DNA of 64,000 bases from Stylophora pistillata (lineage: Eukaryota), in NCBI RefSeq assembly GCF_002571385.2, contig NW_019217844.1, positions 528,240-592,239 of the forward strand, given 5' to 3'. Position 1 is the first letter of the stretch; each line of letters begins with the position of its first letter. A model generated the notes under the pieces. The model did no database searches, was not told where the DNA came from, and was given only the letters and a program-made list of their open reading frames with translations. The translations under genes were made by a program, and so were the position numbers. This document shows, piece by piece, positions 20,954 to 33,800 of the stretch.

Positions 20954-22967
20954 ATGCTCAAATCTGTCACAAAAAAGTTGAAACCGTTCATAGAAGCAAA
21001 ACTTAACGAGGAGTACGTGTCTATAGCGAACGATGCGAATTTGTACTGTTTGGACTATATTGAAGAGCGATTGAAACGCTCCAATATCGATTCAGATCTT
21101 GAATTTATCCGACCTAAAGCTGTGTCTGAGAGTCTTCTTTCAATTTCTGCAAAAATAATCGAAGTCGGTGAGCTTTTGGAAACAACTTACCCTCATCTGT
21201 ATAACAACGTTTCAAAACAGCTCAAGGTAAAATTACGGAGCGAGGTAATAGTCGGCGACATTTTCAGAAACTTCGGACGCGAGCTGTTTCGCGAAGGTAT
21301 CACTTGGGGACGAATCGTAGCCCTGTTCGCGTTTGCGGCTGCTATCAGTGCTGACTGCATAACCCAGGGACGACCAGAGCTTGTGAAAAATGTGCTTAGC
21401 TGTGTCAGACTTTATGTTTTGGATCATTTGGCCGTTTGGATTAGGAGTCAAGGTGGATGGGTGAGAAATATACTGTTGATATTTTTGTATAATCAGTGTT
21501 CGTGAGGAAGATAACCAATTAACATAGGCGTTTTAATCTAACTTATATACTTGTCTCCTACACCAAAAAGGAAAGTTTTATTCCGAAGAAATTATTTTAG
21601 AAGTGCATTATGTACAGACATAAAAAGCGTTTCGAATTCTCGAAAACGAGAATGACTTAACGCGATTTTAAAGTTATTTTTTCCAAGTTTTTGGTTTAAT
21701 AATTTCTGGGAAAGTTTGCAGATGTTTTCTAATCGAATTCAGTAATCGCGCCAGAGAAATAGAAAGTCCATAAATCAATTGCCCTCTTACTTATTTTGAA
21801 AATTCACCATTTATTTAGGTTACTTCATTTAATAAAAAAAGCTAAATATTCAAATTAAATTTAAATTTTCAAACCAATCCGGGAACTAATCACAAAGGTG
21901 CGAAAAATGAATGATTGTATTCTGAGAGACACCAAAATGACAGACGAGATCGTTGAAAACAATAGAGGCGATCGATATGGTGACCATAGTTGCCAGGCGG
22001 AGAGCACAGCTCTGATAAATTTGCATAAATCATCATATTTCGACTTGAATGATTTCTGTGAAGATCACTAGCGATGTTTCTTTGGTTCAACCCTGAAACT
22101 CCTTCATTTGTATGCATTTTCTCCATGCTGTTCTCTTTGCTCTTCTAAGGTTCTAACAAAGAGAATTTGATTAACAATCAAGAGCTTCGTTAGTTGGGGA
22201 TCATTTCCTTTCATTCTCGTGACCTTAATGTGTGATTTAGGGATGATATTGTGAGGAGAAATTAGATGCTAATCACTCTCAAGCGTCAAAGGCTTAAAGA
22301 AAAGGAAAGTGCCTGGATTGGGTCATAACCTCTTGAGTTTGCTCATATGCTTTACGTGAAAAAACGGAAAACGTTAGCTTGTCCTTTCACGTTTCATGTA
22401 AAATAGCGTGAACCTTGCTGCTTTAGTTGCGCGTGAGCTCACCCTTGTTTGACTTACAAGGAATAGTTTTGGTGCCCTTTTTCCAGCAATTCACTTCTAC
22501 TCTATGAGAGAAAAGGTGAAGAAAATCTTACGTCACGGCAAACGCGTAACAGGTTACTTTAACGTAAAAACAGCAAAGCGCAACCAGCAAACATGAAAAA
22601 ATGGCGGGGAAAACAAGGTCACGTGGTCACGCTAGCTGTTCACGTTTCACGAAGACGCTGTGCTAAATCTCTCTCTTATCAATTCACTTCTGGTCAAAGC
22701 CCAAACAAAAGAACTCCTCCGACGTGAATTAACTTTAATATCTATGAATAATTTCAGTCTTACACTAACATTTGTAATCCTCTCTCCTCTTTTGGACAGG
22801 CTGATATCAGTGAAAAATTTAAATGCATCGAAAAGAGATATTCGATGGCGTATTTCCTCCGATGGTTTGACTATAACAGATTGTGGCTGGTCAATACGAC
22901 GAAGGAAAGACTTAACTTGCTACTGTGTGCAATAGTAGAGTGCATAGGTCTTATAGACGGAGGCTGA
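20954..22967 (+). CDS. BOK: BOK-like multidomain Bcl-2 family protein, about 224 aa, exons 20954-21460 and 22800-22967
   Basis: BH3-like IIEVGELLE followed by the BOK-typical PHLYNNVSKQL. BH1 ELFREGITWGRIVALF and BH2 WIRSQGGW, with a phase-0 intron right after GGW (gtgaga...ggacag). Exon 2 reads ADISEKF...LLLCAIVECIGLIDGG*. Confidence 0.85.
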
Positions 22968-23259
22968 CCAACCAGCTCGTATTATTATGACGTATATATA
23001 TATATATATTCTTTCTTTTTTATGATGTTTCCTCAGATTTCCCTGAAATCCTGAGGTCAAGAAACCGTGATCTGAATACTACCCACAATGCCTTTCGGGG
23101 CCATTTCGTGCACTTCACTGCGTTTCCCGCAACCTTTCTGCAGACAGCTATATATATACTTGAGGAAAAATGAAAAAAAGAAAGAACTAACCCTACTGAA
23201 CGACCAAAACGAGGTAAACTCGACAAGAGGGAATTCTAAGTGACCTGCAGAAATCAATG

Positions 23260-23722
23260 TTTACAATGTAACGAAATAATTTGGATATATCAACAAAGTT
23301 GAAATGGTAAATTGGCCACCGTAACGATTACAAAAGCTGACGTTTCGAGCGTTAGCCCTTCGTCGGAGCGAATAGAGGAATTGTGGGTTTTGTGTGCTTT
23401 TAAAGGCAGAAAATGGAGCTACGTTATTGGTGGGAACATGGCAACGAGAAAAACANNNNNNNNNNNNNNNNNNNNNTGTTTTTCTCGTTGCCATGTTCCC
23501 ACCAATAACGTAGCTCCATTTTCTGCCTTTAAAAGCACACACAACCCACAATTCCTCTATTCGCTCCGACGAAGGGCTAACGCTCGAAACGTCAGCTTTT
23601 GTAATCGTTACGGTGGCCAATTTACCATTTCAACTTTGTTGATATATCCAAATTATTTCGTTACTCCCACCGACGCAGCCCCAAACAGTTTCTTTCGAAA
23701 CTATCAGCCTTTTTACAATGTA
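23260..23722. mobile_element. Inverted pair of Penelope-type hammerhead-bearing repeat around a 21-N gap, with candidate target-site duplication TTTACAATGTA
   Basis: 23268-23455 is the reverse complement of 23477-23664, with one mismatch seen. The right arm carries GCT-CCGACGA-AGGGCTAACGCTC-GAAA-CGTC-AGC. TTTACAATGTA occurs at 23260-23270 and 23712-23722. Confidence 0.65.
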
Positions 23723-24887
23723 CCGTTCCACTGTTTCGTCCCTCTCATATTCACTCGCACGTCGGTATTTATTCCCTGTTCATTAGTCCTTTTGTCCAAA
23801 TTTATTTGTTTCACATGCACCTTTCTGCAAACGGCTGTATATATAGTTGGCAAAGATATGTGTATTATACAGCTCTCAAATTAAATTCAATTGAATTCCC
23901 AAACATCAAGTATTTGTTGATAATTAGAAATACTCTGGTTAGGTGACATACGCCTGACGCAGTTGATTGCGAAAATTAAGGAAAGATAGGGATCTGGAGC
24001 GATTCTTCACAATGTTCAGTGGTTGCCAGTTTCTGTTATAAACAAAGTCAGGAACTTCAAGTCAAAAATAGCTAGTTTATTTTCAATTGAGGCTCGTATA
24101 AAATATACTTTATCAAAAAATATTTATTCATACAAAAATAACAAAAAATATATCAATTTCATCATTTTTTGTTCTTTTTGCTTTAAATTTTTTTTTTTTT
24201 AACATAAACAGGCATTCATTATAGTTTTCACGGACATAATTTTGGTAATCATCTTTCTGTAATTCTATCTTTTAAATACTTCTAGCTGTTCATTTTTTCA
24301 TCGATATATTGTATTGGTGTACCTTTCATGGTAAAACCTACCGTGGGCTGGCTGGAGTAAAAACTTCTTAGGCCCACCTACAAATCACGCGCGCGCCAAT
24401 ACACTAGTACTCAACCTCTCTCACGTTAATGTTCGCCCAATGGCAACATTGCGCTCCAGCGACCAGTTAATAATATGCGCCCATCTGTGACACACACGAA
24501 CGTGCGCGACGGGAAATGACTATTATAGTCTACCTTTTACCCACGTTCCTTGTTCTATTGTAAAAAAAATTTCAGCAGGCATGAACGGCCTAGTTAGTGT
24601 CTAGGGATGATAGCGCACAGTTCTGTTCGGGAACGGAAACAGAGGGTCGTGTAAGCTCTGTATCACTGCTCGAAAATACGTGGAAATTGCTCAGTATCAA
24701 CGAGTAGTCTCCGTTCTGGAGAATATACCAACAAAGCGTGCGATCGAGGAGCTGGGTTGTCAATCAGTCGGTGTATCTTCGCCCCTTAAAAATAGACCAG
24801 CAGTCTCGGTGAAGCGATGTTTTATTGAGAATGGGAGCCATTCATTCGTTTCCTGTCGAGCAATGAAAAGAAACAAAGTTTGCCATC

Positions 24888-27800
24888 TTATACAATTTCC
24901 AAAAGTGGAGAATTTCGCGCCGTTAACTGAGTAACGTGAAATGGTTTTACTGCGAATTCTGTCTAAGCAGAGGCCTAAGAGAGGCCCAAGAGAGGTCTTA
25001 GCTGCTACTTTAAATAGCACAAATGAACTACGATTCAGATTCTTATAAAGTCACCCACCTCCTCTCTTTGTCGTTGCCATAGTGACAAAGCTCCTTCTTC
25101 GTTGAAATTACACGTACAGCTGAGGACCAGTGGATCTTGCTCTCTGTGATAAACAAACAGGCCATTAAATGATTCAGAAAATTTTCCTTAATGGTTTTTT
25201 ACGATCAGAAACCATACACGCCCTTTTACTCGATAGCGCACTTGGACTAACACCAGGCGTGGTTCTTTTCTTGGGACTTGAGGATGCCGGGGGAAAATCT
25301 AGCTTTAGTTTTCTGTGGTGCGGGGGAGCGGAGGATATCAAAACATTTCGTGAAAACCCACTACACCCTAACTTCAGTGTGCATATTCTCCATGCAGTTC
25401 TCTATACATTTCGTACAGTATTGGTAAGGAGAATTTGTTTAACAATCAAGGGCTGCGCCTTTTTAGTTGGTGATCATTTCCTCTATTCTCATGACCTTAA
25501 TGTGTGGATTCAGGGGTGATATTGTAAGGAGAAATTAGGTGCTGGTTATTCTTAGAGGTTAAAGGGCTTGTGAGAGGTTACTCTTTACGCCCTAAGACCA
25601 TTATGCATATTCTCCATACCGTTCTTTGTACATTTCCTAAGGTGTTGACAAGGAGAATTTGTTTAACAATCATGAGCCTTTTTAGTTGGTGATCATTTCC
25701 TGTATTCTCATGACCTTAATGTTTGATTCAGGGGGGGATATTGTAAGGAGAAATTAGATGCTGTAGACACTGTTTCAGTTTCTCTCATCCAAGTGGCAGT
25801 TGGTAGAACACCGAGTAAGAAAGACAATGCTACGGAAGTAAAAATGAGGTCGTACACAGAGCGATATTTTGGAAGCCAAAGCGAGGGCAAAGATGCCAAA
25901 GCAGACCAACCAAGAGCGACTTTGACACGATTAGTGCTAAGAGGGGCATTGGAAGTATCCTATGAAATTCCAGTGCAACATTGGAAATAACTGAATAACA
26001 GTGACCAAGGGCGCTTGACCGAGTGGCAGTCGTAAAGAGAAGGGTTAAAATGGATGAGTGAACGAAAAAAAATGGACGAGGGAATGAACGAAAACATGGA
26101 TTAGGGAACACATGAAGAAAGACGCGGGGATGGACGGACTATCAAACGAACATACCAAGGAAAGAAAGGATGAACAAGCGAAAAAACGAGCTCACTAACA
26201 AACAAACAGTAAGAAAAACAGTCTGACGATGAAAGCCACTTTTCTAAAGCCACTTTTCTTACCTTACTAGTAGAAGACAACGAATAGCCTCTTCATTTAT
26301 GCGAAAATGAACTCTTAGCCTCAGTCTGAATCTGTAATCACTGTAACACATGTCAGGGTCCTGTTTGATTTGTTTACCGGACGGCTTTTGTGCCTGACCT
26401 TCGTTCTCTTGCGCATTAACCACGTCCTGACGGTCTACGATGCTCGCAGCCATTTCAATAGACTCTCTCAATTCACTCTCAGTAAATTCGTCAATCGATG
26501 AAATTTCTTCGTCAGTACAAGTATTCTCTGTCTCATGAGAGGAATTTACTTCTGAATGCGCCTTGGAATCCTCGATGCTCGGTTTCAGTTTCGGCTCTTT
26601 TACTTTTTCCTCTGTTTCCGATATCGTTGGCAAATATTTGGTCGAACTTTCTTTGCGCTTTTCTTTGTCTTCTAAAATGGAACAGCGCAACTCGATTAAC
26701 GCGTCATATAAGTATTTTGACAGGTACGAGTACACACACTGCATTGCGGTTCACTGCAACTGATGTGCAAAAGACCGTAAGATTGAAAATCAAAGGCTAA
26801 GACAACAGTGTCACTGATAACTTATCTGTCTGTGAGACTGACACGTATTGCCGATGTGGATTCCGTAGCATGAAGCAACAGGAAGAACTCCTACTCTTCT
26901 AGGATGAGATGCTAGTCCATTGCAAGCTTACTACCTTCCCTCCACCCCCTCCNNNNNNNNNNNNNNNNNNNNNNNNNNNNNNNNNNNNNNNNNNNNNNNN
27001 NNNNNNNNNNNNNNNNNNNNNNNNNNNNNNNNNNNNNNNNNNNNNNNNNNNNNNNNNNNNNNNNNNNNNNNNNNNNNNNNNNNNNNNNNNNNNNNNNNNN
27101 NNNNNNNNNNNNNNNNNNNNNNNNNNNNNNNNNNNNNNNNNNNNNNNNNNNNNNNNNNNNNNNNNNNNNNNNNNNNNNNNNNNNNNNNNNNNNNNNNNNN
27201 NNNNNNNNNNNNNNNNNNNNNNNNNNNNNNNNNNNNNNNNNNNNNNNNNNNNNNNNNNNNNNNNNNNNNNNNNNNNNNNNNNNNNNNNNNNNNNNNNNNN
27301 NNNNNNNNNNNNNNNNNNNNNNNNNNNNNNNNNNNNNNNNNNNNNNNNNNNNNNNNNNNNNNNNNNNNNNNNNNNNNNNNNNNNNNNNNNNNNNNNNNNN
27401 NNNNNNNNNNNNNNNNNNNNNNNNNNNNNNNNNNNNNNNNNNNNNNNNNNNNNNNNNNNNNNNNNNNNNNNNNNNNNNNNNNNNNNNNNNNNNNNNNNNN
27501 NNNNNNNNNNNNNNNNNNNNNNNNNNNNNNNNNNNNNNNNNNNNNNNNNNNNNNNNNNNNNNNNNNNNNNNNNNNNNNNNNNNNNNNNNNNNNNNNNNNN
27601 NNNNNNNNNNNNNNNNNNNNNNNNNNNNNNNNNNNNNNNNNNNNNNNNNNNNNNNNNNNNNNNNNNNNNNNNNNNNNNNNNNNNNNNNNNNNNNNNNNNN
27701 NNNNNNNNNNNNNNNNNNNNNNNNNNNNNNNNNNNNNNNNNNNNNNNNNNNNNNNNNNNNNNNNNNNNNNNNNNNNNNNNNNNNNNNNNNNNNNNNNNNN

Positions 27801-30800
27801 NNNNNNNNNNNNNNNNNNNNNNNNNNNNNNNNNNNNNNNNNNNNNNNNNNNNNNNNNNNNNNNNNNNNNNNNNNNNNNNNNNNNNNNNNNNNNNNNNNNN
27901 NNNNNNNNNNNNNNNNNNNNNCCCTCCCCCCCCATCATCTGTCGGTACCTCACGACGCTAGTACTCAAGAACACAACAAAATGACTGAAACACGGCTCGT
28001 ACCCAAACCCCTCGTTGCGCATGTTCAGCTCCATGACAAGTAACAAACAACATCTCCATAAAACGGCGCTTATTAGAGCTAGAGAAGGCCTGTTTTCTAA
28101 ATTAAAAAAAAAAAAACAAACAAACCAAGCACCAACAACAACCAAACAAATAAAAACAAACAAAAACTGGTACTCGCCTTCATCTTCGTCCAACACCACA
28201 AAACCTTCGTCTTCGATTTCGTCATTTCTAGTGACGTCAAAGATCAAAACCTGTCCGTTACCAAGCCCTACCCACAATTCTTCACCGAGTGCCATCATTG
28301 TAGTGACACGTGATTCGCTAAATGCAATTACCTGGAAAGACAAGAGGACCGACATGAAGACAGATGTCTCGTCGAATAATTTTACCGGTGGATAGTTACA
28401 GGAAAGCTTTCCTACCCTTAAGTCAGGGCTGGTGTCGAGGCTTGTGACGTCATCGACCTTGAGAAGTATGTCAAAGGTGGCGTGATCCAACAACAGAATG
28501 CAAGAAGACCTGAAAACAAATGGTAAAAATGACTTGAACAAAGTCAAAGAGAAAAAGTGTCTATTCTGCGCAGTTTGGGCGTGGTAGATGGAGTGAAAGT
28601 CAGATAAAAATGGTACTTTATATTCAATTTAAAAGACATTACGTCTTACCCTCTCACGCTGCACCAGACGCCATGTTTACCGTGAGTTAACTTGGAAACC
28701 TGGTGACGACGTGAGTTTGATATAATCAGTGAACCGAGCTCACCAAGGGAACTGATGAAGAGGAAAAAAAAAAACATGTATTACAAAAACATGTTATGCA
28801 CAACGTTAAGCTGATAACTTGCACTGCCATGGGAAATAATTAATCACCATGAGCCCACTGGACTCCTGACATCCGTGTGTTTAATTTGAGCCTCTGAAAT
28901 TCAAAAGAAAATGAAAACTGCTCTTGGAACTATTTCTTGAACAACCAAGGAGTTAAACCATTAACTCCCACATAAAATGCAAATGCAACTTCCCTCGGCA
29001 GCTTCAAAACCATATCCAGCAAATAGGATAGGAGAAAAAGCGAACTTATCACTTGAGGGTGTTATCCTTATTTTAAAACGAATTGAAGGGAAACTGGAGG
29101 GAGAAAGGTGAATCAAATATCATTATTCTGAACCTTTTGAAAAAAGTTCTTTTCCTTAAGGTAAACGTCTCGCCGTCGCGTCAAGGGGAAACTTTAGACA
29201 CGTTTACGAATGTGTTGCGTAAGTGTCTTGTAAGATGGTATATGTTGTCAAGAGATCGTTCGTGGTTTCGAACGGGGGGTCTGTTTATGTTCCGTGATCA
29301 TTGATTCAGAACAAAAGTTGCCAAGGGAAATCAATTTAGCCCACAAATAACTGAACACCTGCTGATACAGTCCACGGATTTTCTTTCTACATACGCGTTA
29401 ATTCGATTAGCCTCGCGTCAGTAGATGCGATTGATTTTCAAGAACTACCAAAACAATTGCAATATTTGTGACTTGATGACCCAGTAAATGTGCGTAAATA
29501 CCAGAAAGAAATGTCCGGTGAAGGCCAAATAAAAACTTATTTTCATAATGAAAACATACTTTATGGTTTTTGGGGACAACACTTCGATCCATAGGTTTAA
29601 TTAAATCAGATATACCACAATAAAAAAAAAACAAACAAACAAAACAAACAAGGTAAAGGACCACCAAACATTTAAAGATTTCGTTATAATACGCGTAAAC
29701 GCTACACAAATCACTATGTTCTGTTTATCGACCAAAACAGAAGGTTTCCTAAGCGCATGTCTTGGTTAAGCAATGATATGGATACCAAAACAATGCAATC
29801 GATCAAAGTGGTTATCGATATTGCCAAACACTCGTTTTATAATTCATCTAGGCAGCGGGCATCACAATAAAAACACAAGCACCAACAAACAAACTACTGA
29901 GAAAGATCTCTGCATCATAGACGCTTATGCTCCATTGGAGGGGTGTACACTGTAGTGGTTTTAAAACAGATAGCCTGACTGAAGTAGGTGTCCAAATTTA
30001 GTTAATGAGATAGGTTAACCCTAATGTAATGCGAGTTTTTTTGTGGAGACGGTTTATCACTAGTACGTTTTTATTCTGAATGTTTTTCAATGATTCACAC
30101 TTTCACAATTAGTCCTGTTGTTGGTTTTACTTTTTTTTTATCAAACAAAAACGATATGTGCTTTTTTGGTACAACCTTAAGAATCTTTTTCTTGAAAGGG
30201 TACGGGAAAATGCATACATATAGTGGTGGCTTATCTTCTTTAACGATAAAGTGGATCCACTACAAACATACAGAAACACATATCATACCAAAAAGGACGT
30301 TATTTTTCCAATACGACGAAACCTATCTAACGCAGGAATGAGAGAAAGAATAAATGAACTTTATAGAAGCTACTGCTCTCAGAACCGCTGTAAAAGTAAT
30401 AAGGGGCTTTCGAATGGCACAATTTTGCACTAAAATATGGCTACAATGATTGTTTACATCAGGTCAGTTTTTGTCGGTTCGTTTCCCAAAAGAAAAATGT
30501 TTAAATAAGGTTATGGGAATGATATCATTGAAACAAACAGTCACGGGAAAAGAAAAAAAAGGATACTATGTTGTTTACAGGCTGGGATCACGCGAGCAAT
30601 TAACGTCGTAGATAATGGATTGTAATCTTCTTTGTTTTATTTTGTTGTTATGAAGTCACGAGACAGCATTCGGAAACTTGTGAGGCAAAAAAAAAAAAAC
30701 AGAGCTTTTAAATGTTAATTAATTTACCTTCGTCTTATTCTCGATTTGTTGAAAAAGTAACGCGACGAATAAATAAGACCAGAAAGAGAAGGAAAAACAA

Positions 30801-33800
30801 ACAACACCCATTGTTGCAAGTATGAGAACATCTGCTGAACAAACCTTCCATCGAGAATCACCACATTGTTTCCGCAGCCGCACCACACGTTTTCGTTCAC
30901 GAGAGTAATGCACGTGACAGGTGATCCACCCACCCGAATATGGGAGCCTTCGGATGGAGCCTCATGCCCACTAGCATTCTGGGAAAAAATTTAACACAAG
31001 CAGTTAGAGTAGCTTCACTATCGATCAGAGCAACCTTGGTCAAATTAGGATAATTTTGCTTTTATCAACAACATTTCATCGCTCGAATCTTTCACTCTTA
31101 CGAAAGGCAAACGCTCGAAAAGTCAGCTTTAGAAACTCATTTGATAAAACCATCTTATCTTGTAATATTCCCCACCAACGCCGCAACACAGTTTCTTTAG
31201 AATCTTACAACATTTATTTGTAAGTAAAAGTAATATCTCTTTTTACGCTGATTCGTTCGCTCACTCTGTAGATGATAGATTGGTTGGTCGTTGGCGGACC
31301 GATTGTCCATTCGTTCGCCCGTTCGTTTGCTTTGACGGAGTAAGAAGAGTAGGTCACTACACTGCTCGTCTTTTACCCGTCTGTTTGTTTGTTTGTTTGT
31401 TTGTTTGTTTGTTCGCTTGCTCGTTCGATCCTAGGTTACGTAGAGTTGGCCTCTGGTGGGTCGTTGCCCCGTTCGCTCAATCATTCACTTGTTCGTTTGA
31501 TCGCCCGCCCGCTGATTCGCTGGGCCGGTCGTGGTTTTTTGTTCGTTTCTTCGCCTCTTCGTTTGCTCGATCCATTACACTCTTTGTAAGAGTTAAATTC
31601 CGGTAGGAAATGGGACCACCGGTTTGTACATTTGGCCGTAGTTGGTTTTACAATCGTGAGGCCGTTCGTTTATTTGTCTGTCTCTATTTAAAACATCTAG
31701 TTAAAAAAAGATATTTCATTTTCTTCGCACATGTAACACAGCAATCGATCCATCCGCCAAGGCAGCAAAAACTTTTCCCTCAGGTAAATGAGCGATGTCG
31801 ATCACCGAGTCATTCAGCTGCACGCACCACGCTTCCGAACTAAAGGAAAGACAGAAGTACGTCACTTCACAGAGAGGAAAAGACAACAACTACCTATAGC
31901 CAGATTATTAATCTAACAACGAAATACGAAACAAAGATATTTGAAGGTTCTGTTGTATATATTTTCACCTGTAACGGACGGAAAAGGCACGCACAGTTGG
32001 GAGATATGTCTACAGATTGCCGTGGATTATTAATCTATCAGATTGTGTGTTAACTTCATGAAGCAAAAGTGAAATGAAAGCAATAGTTTCTCCACCTGTA
32101 AAGGTCTCTCTACTCGTATCTCGTGTTGCTACCCCGAGGTAACAAAATTTATCAAATATATTCACACCTGAGCTCCAAAACGAACGCATGTATGTACCAT
32201 GACACGGTCCCCACTAAAATGGTGCCATCGTCCAACATATCGCAACATAGAACACGTGATTTCGTCTTTCAATCGAAATGAGACACTTCCAATGGTTAGG
32301 ACACCTAGCAGTTGTTGTATTGGTGAACGGGGAGCCCTGGCAGTGAAACACCGTCCAAGCAAAAACGAGAACCACTATAAGTTACAGAAGTGCCTACGTA
32401 CCAATACCAAGTTCGGAATATTGGTAAAAATTTCAAACCATTCTGAAGATCAGTTAAATTTCCACATTTTGTCGTTAATTTATGAATAAGTGATAAGAAT
32501 GAACGGCAGCATTTGCATGCACTCGCCAGTGATCACCGTAGCCGCAACATATCATAAATGGACTTACGTCTACGTCAAGTGCCTTCATTTCCTTCTTAGT
32601 GATGTCCAGAAGATAGACTTTCGCTTTAAGCCTACTGCTACAGAATAGACACACTGGGCTGGACAAATCTGCCGTTGAAATGCATAGAACAGAAGTTAAG
32701 ACAGCTTATCTGTTCTGTTTTAATTTAGAGCAGATCTTCCAAATCAAATGTCGAAAATGGAGCAGAATCGTTTAATTTAAAGATATATAAATTCATTTAC
32801 GGCTTAGTGTGGTAAAACTAGAACTGACGGCAGACTGACGGCAGCACCAGAAAACCACAACAAAATGAAAATACCAAAATGAGCCACTCAGAATACAAAG
32901 AAGCTATTGACGTCATTGGTGCTGAGCGCAGGCAAACATCAACGGCTGCAGTTGCGTTTGGTTCACGGGGTGGTTGTTTCATCAGCCGCGATGTAAATTC
33001 GGTTATGTCAGCGGTACTGCTGGCCCGCTAAATGTATTGAGATGGAAAGACTTCAGCCCCGCACTTATCCCCAACCTGGTTGGTGAGGTGATACACAGGT
33101 ATCAAGATCGCGGCAAACAGTGATATGAAACGTGCAAATCTTGCTTGGTTGAAAAAAAAAAAATACCGTAATAGAATTCAATTCCACAAACAAAACCAGG
33201 AGGTATCAAAGGGCCAGCACGGTTCATCAGGGAATAACACCCCTTAATGTTCAGTGTATATCTAAATGATTAGCAGTCACTAATGCAAGTTATTGAGCCA
33301 ATCTTAGACTGCAGGGGACGCTGTAAGCCACCATACGTTATCATCATTCTGCTACGCTTTATAAAACTCGCTCAAATCGTAATAGCCATGTCCGAGGACT
33401 TTTTGATGTGCATTTCAAAATAGTAGGCAGCCTACCGTTCTAGGTCTGCTTTTCCTGGGTTAAAAAAAAGTAATTTCTAATGACTATTTAACCTATAAAC
33501 ACGGAAAAGTTGAGACGGTTTAAACGTTCAGAAGAGAACTATCGGGATATAAAATATATAATTAGCCAAAACTAAATGAGTTAAAAAAAAAAACGAAACC
33601 GAAAAAACCCGGCTTCTCTTTAACTGGAATATGGAAAGAAACAGCATATAACCCTTGTAGACCATGGCCACAAACTAACCATCAAGATTTTAAAGCAAAT
33701 ATAATAATTTGTTCTAAATAAGGAAGGCAAATTTTAACAGATACCTCCGGTTTTATTTGTGGTGTCATAGCTTCTCACAATTTAATTATCTTGGTCTTCG

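Noticed and set aside
23261-23884. Mirror-image ORFs MATVTITKAD... on both strands
   Set aside because: They are a product of the inverted repeat and span Ns, so they are not genes.
25170-25330. Coding-looking minus-strand frame (SSAPPHHRKLKLDF...RKIF*) as an extra exon
   Set aside because: No phase-compatible acceptor was found, and the neighbouring exons splice in frame without it.
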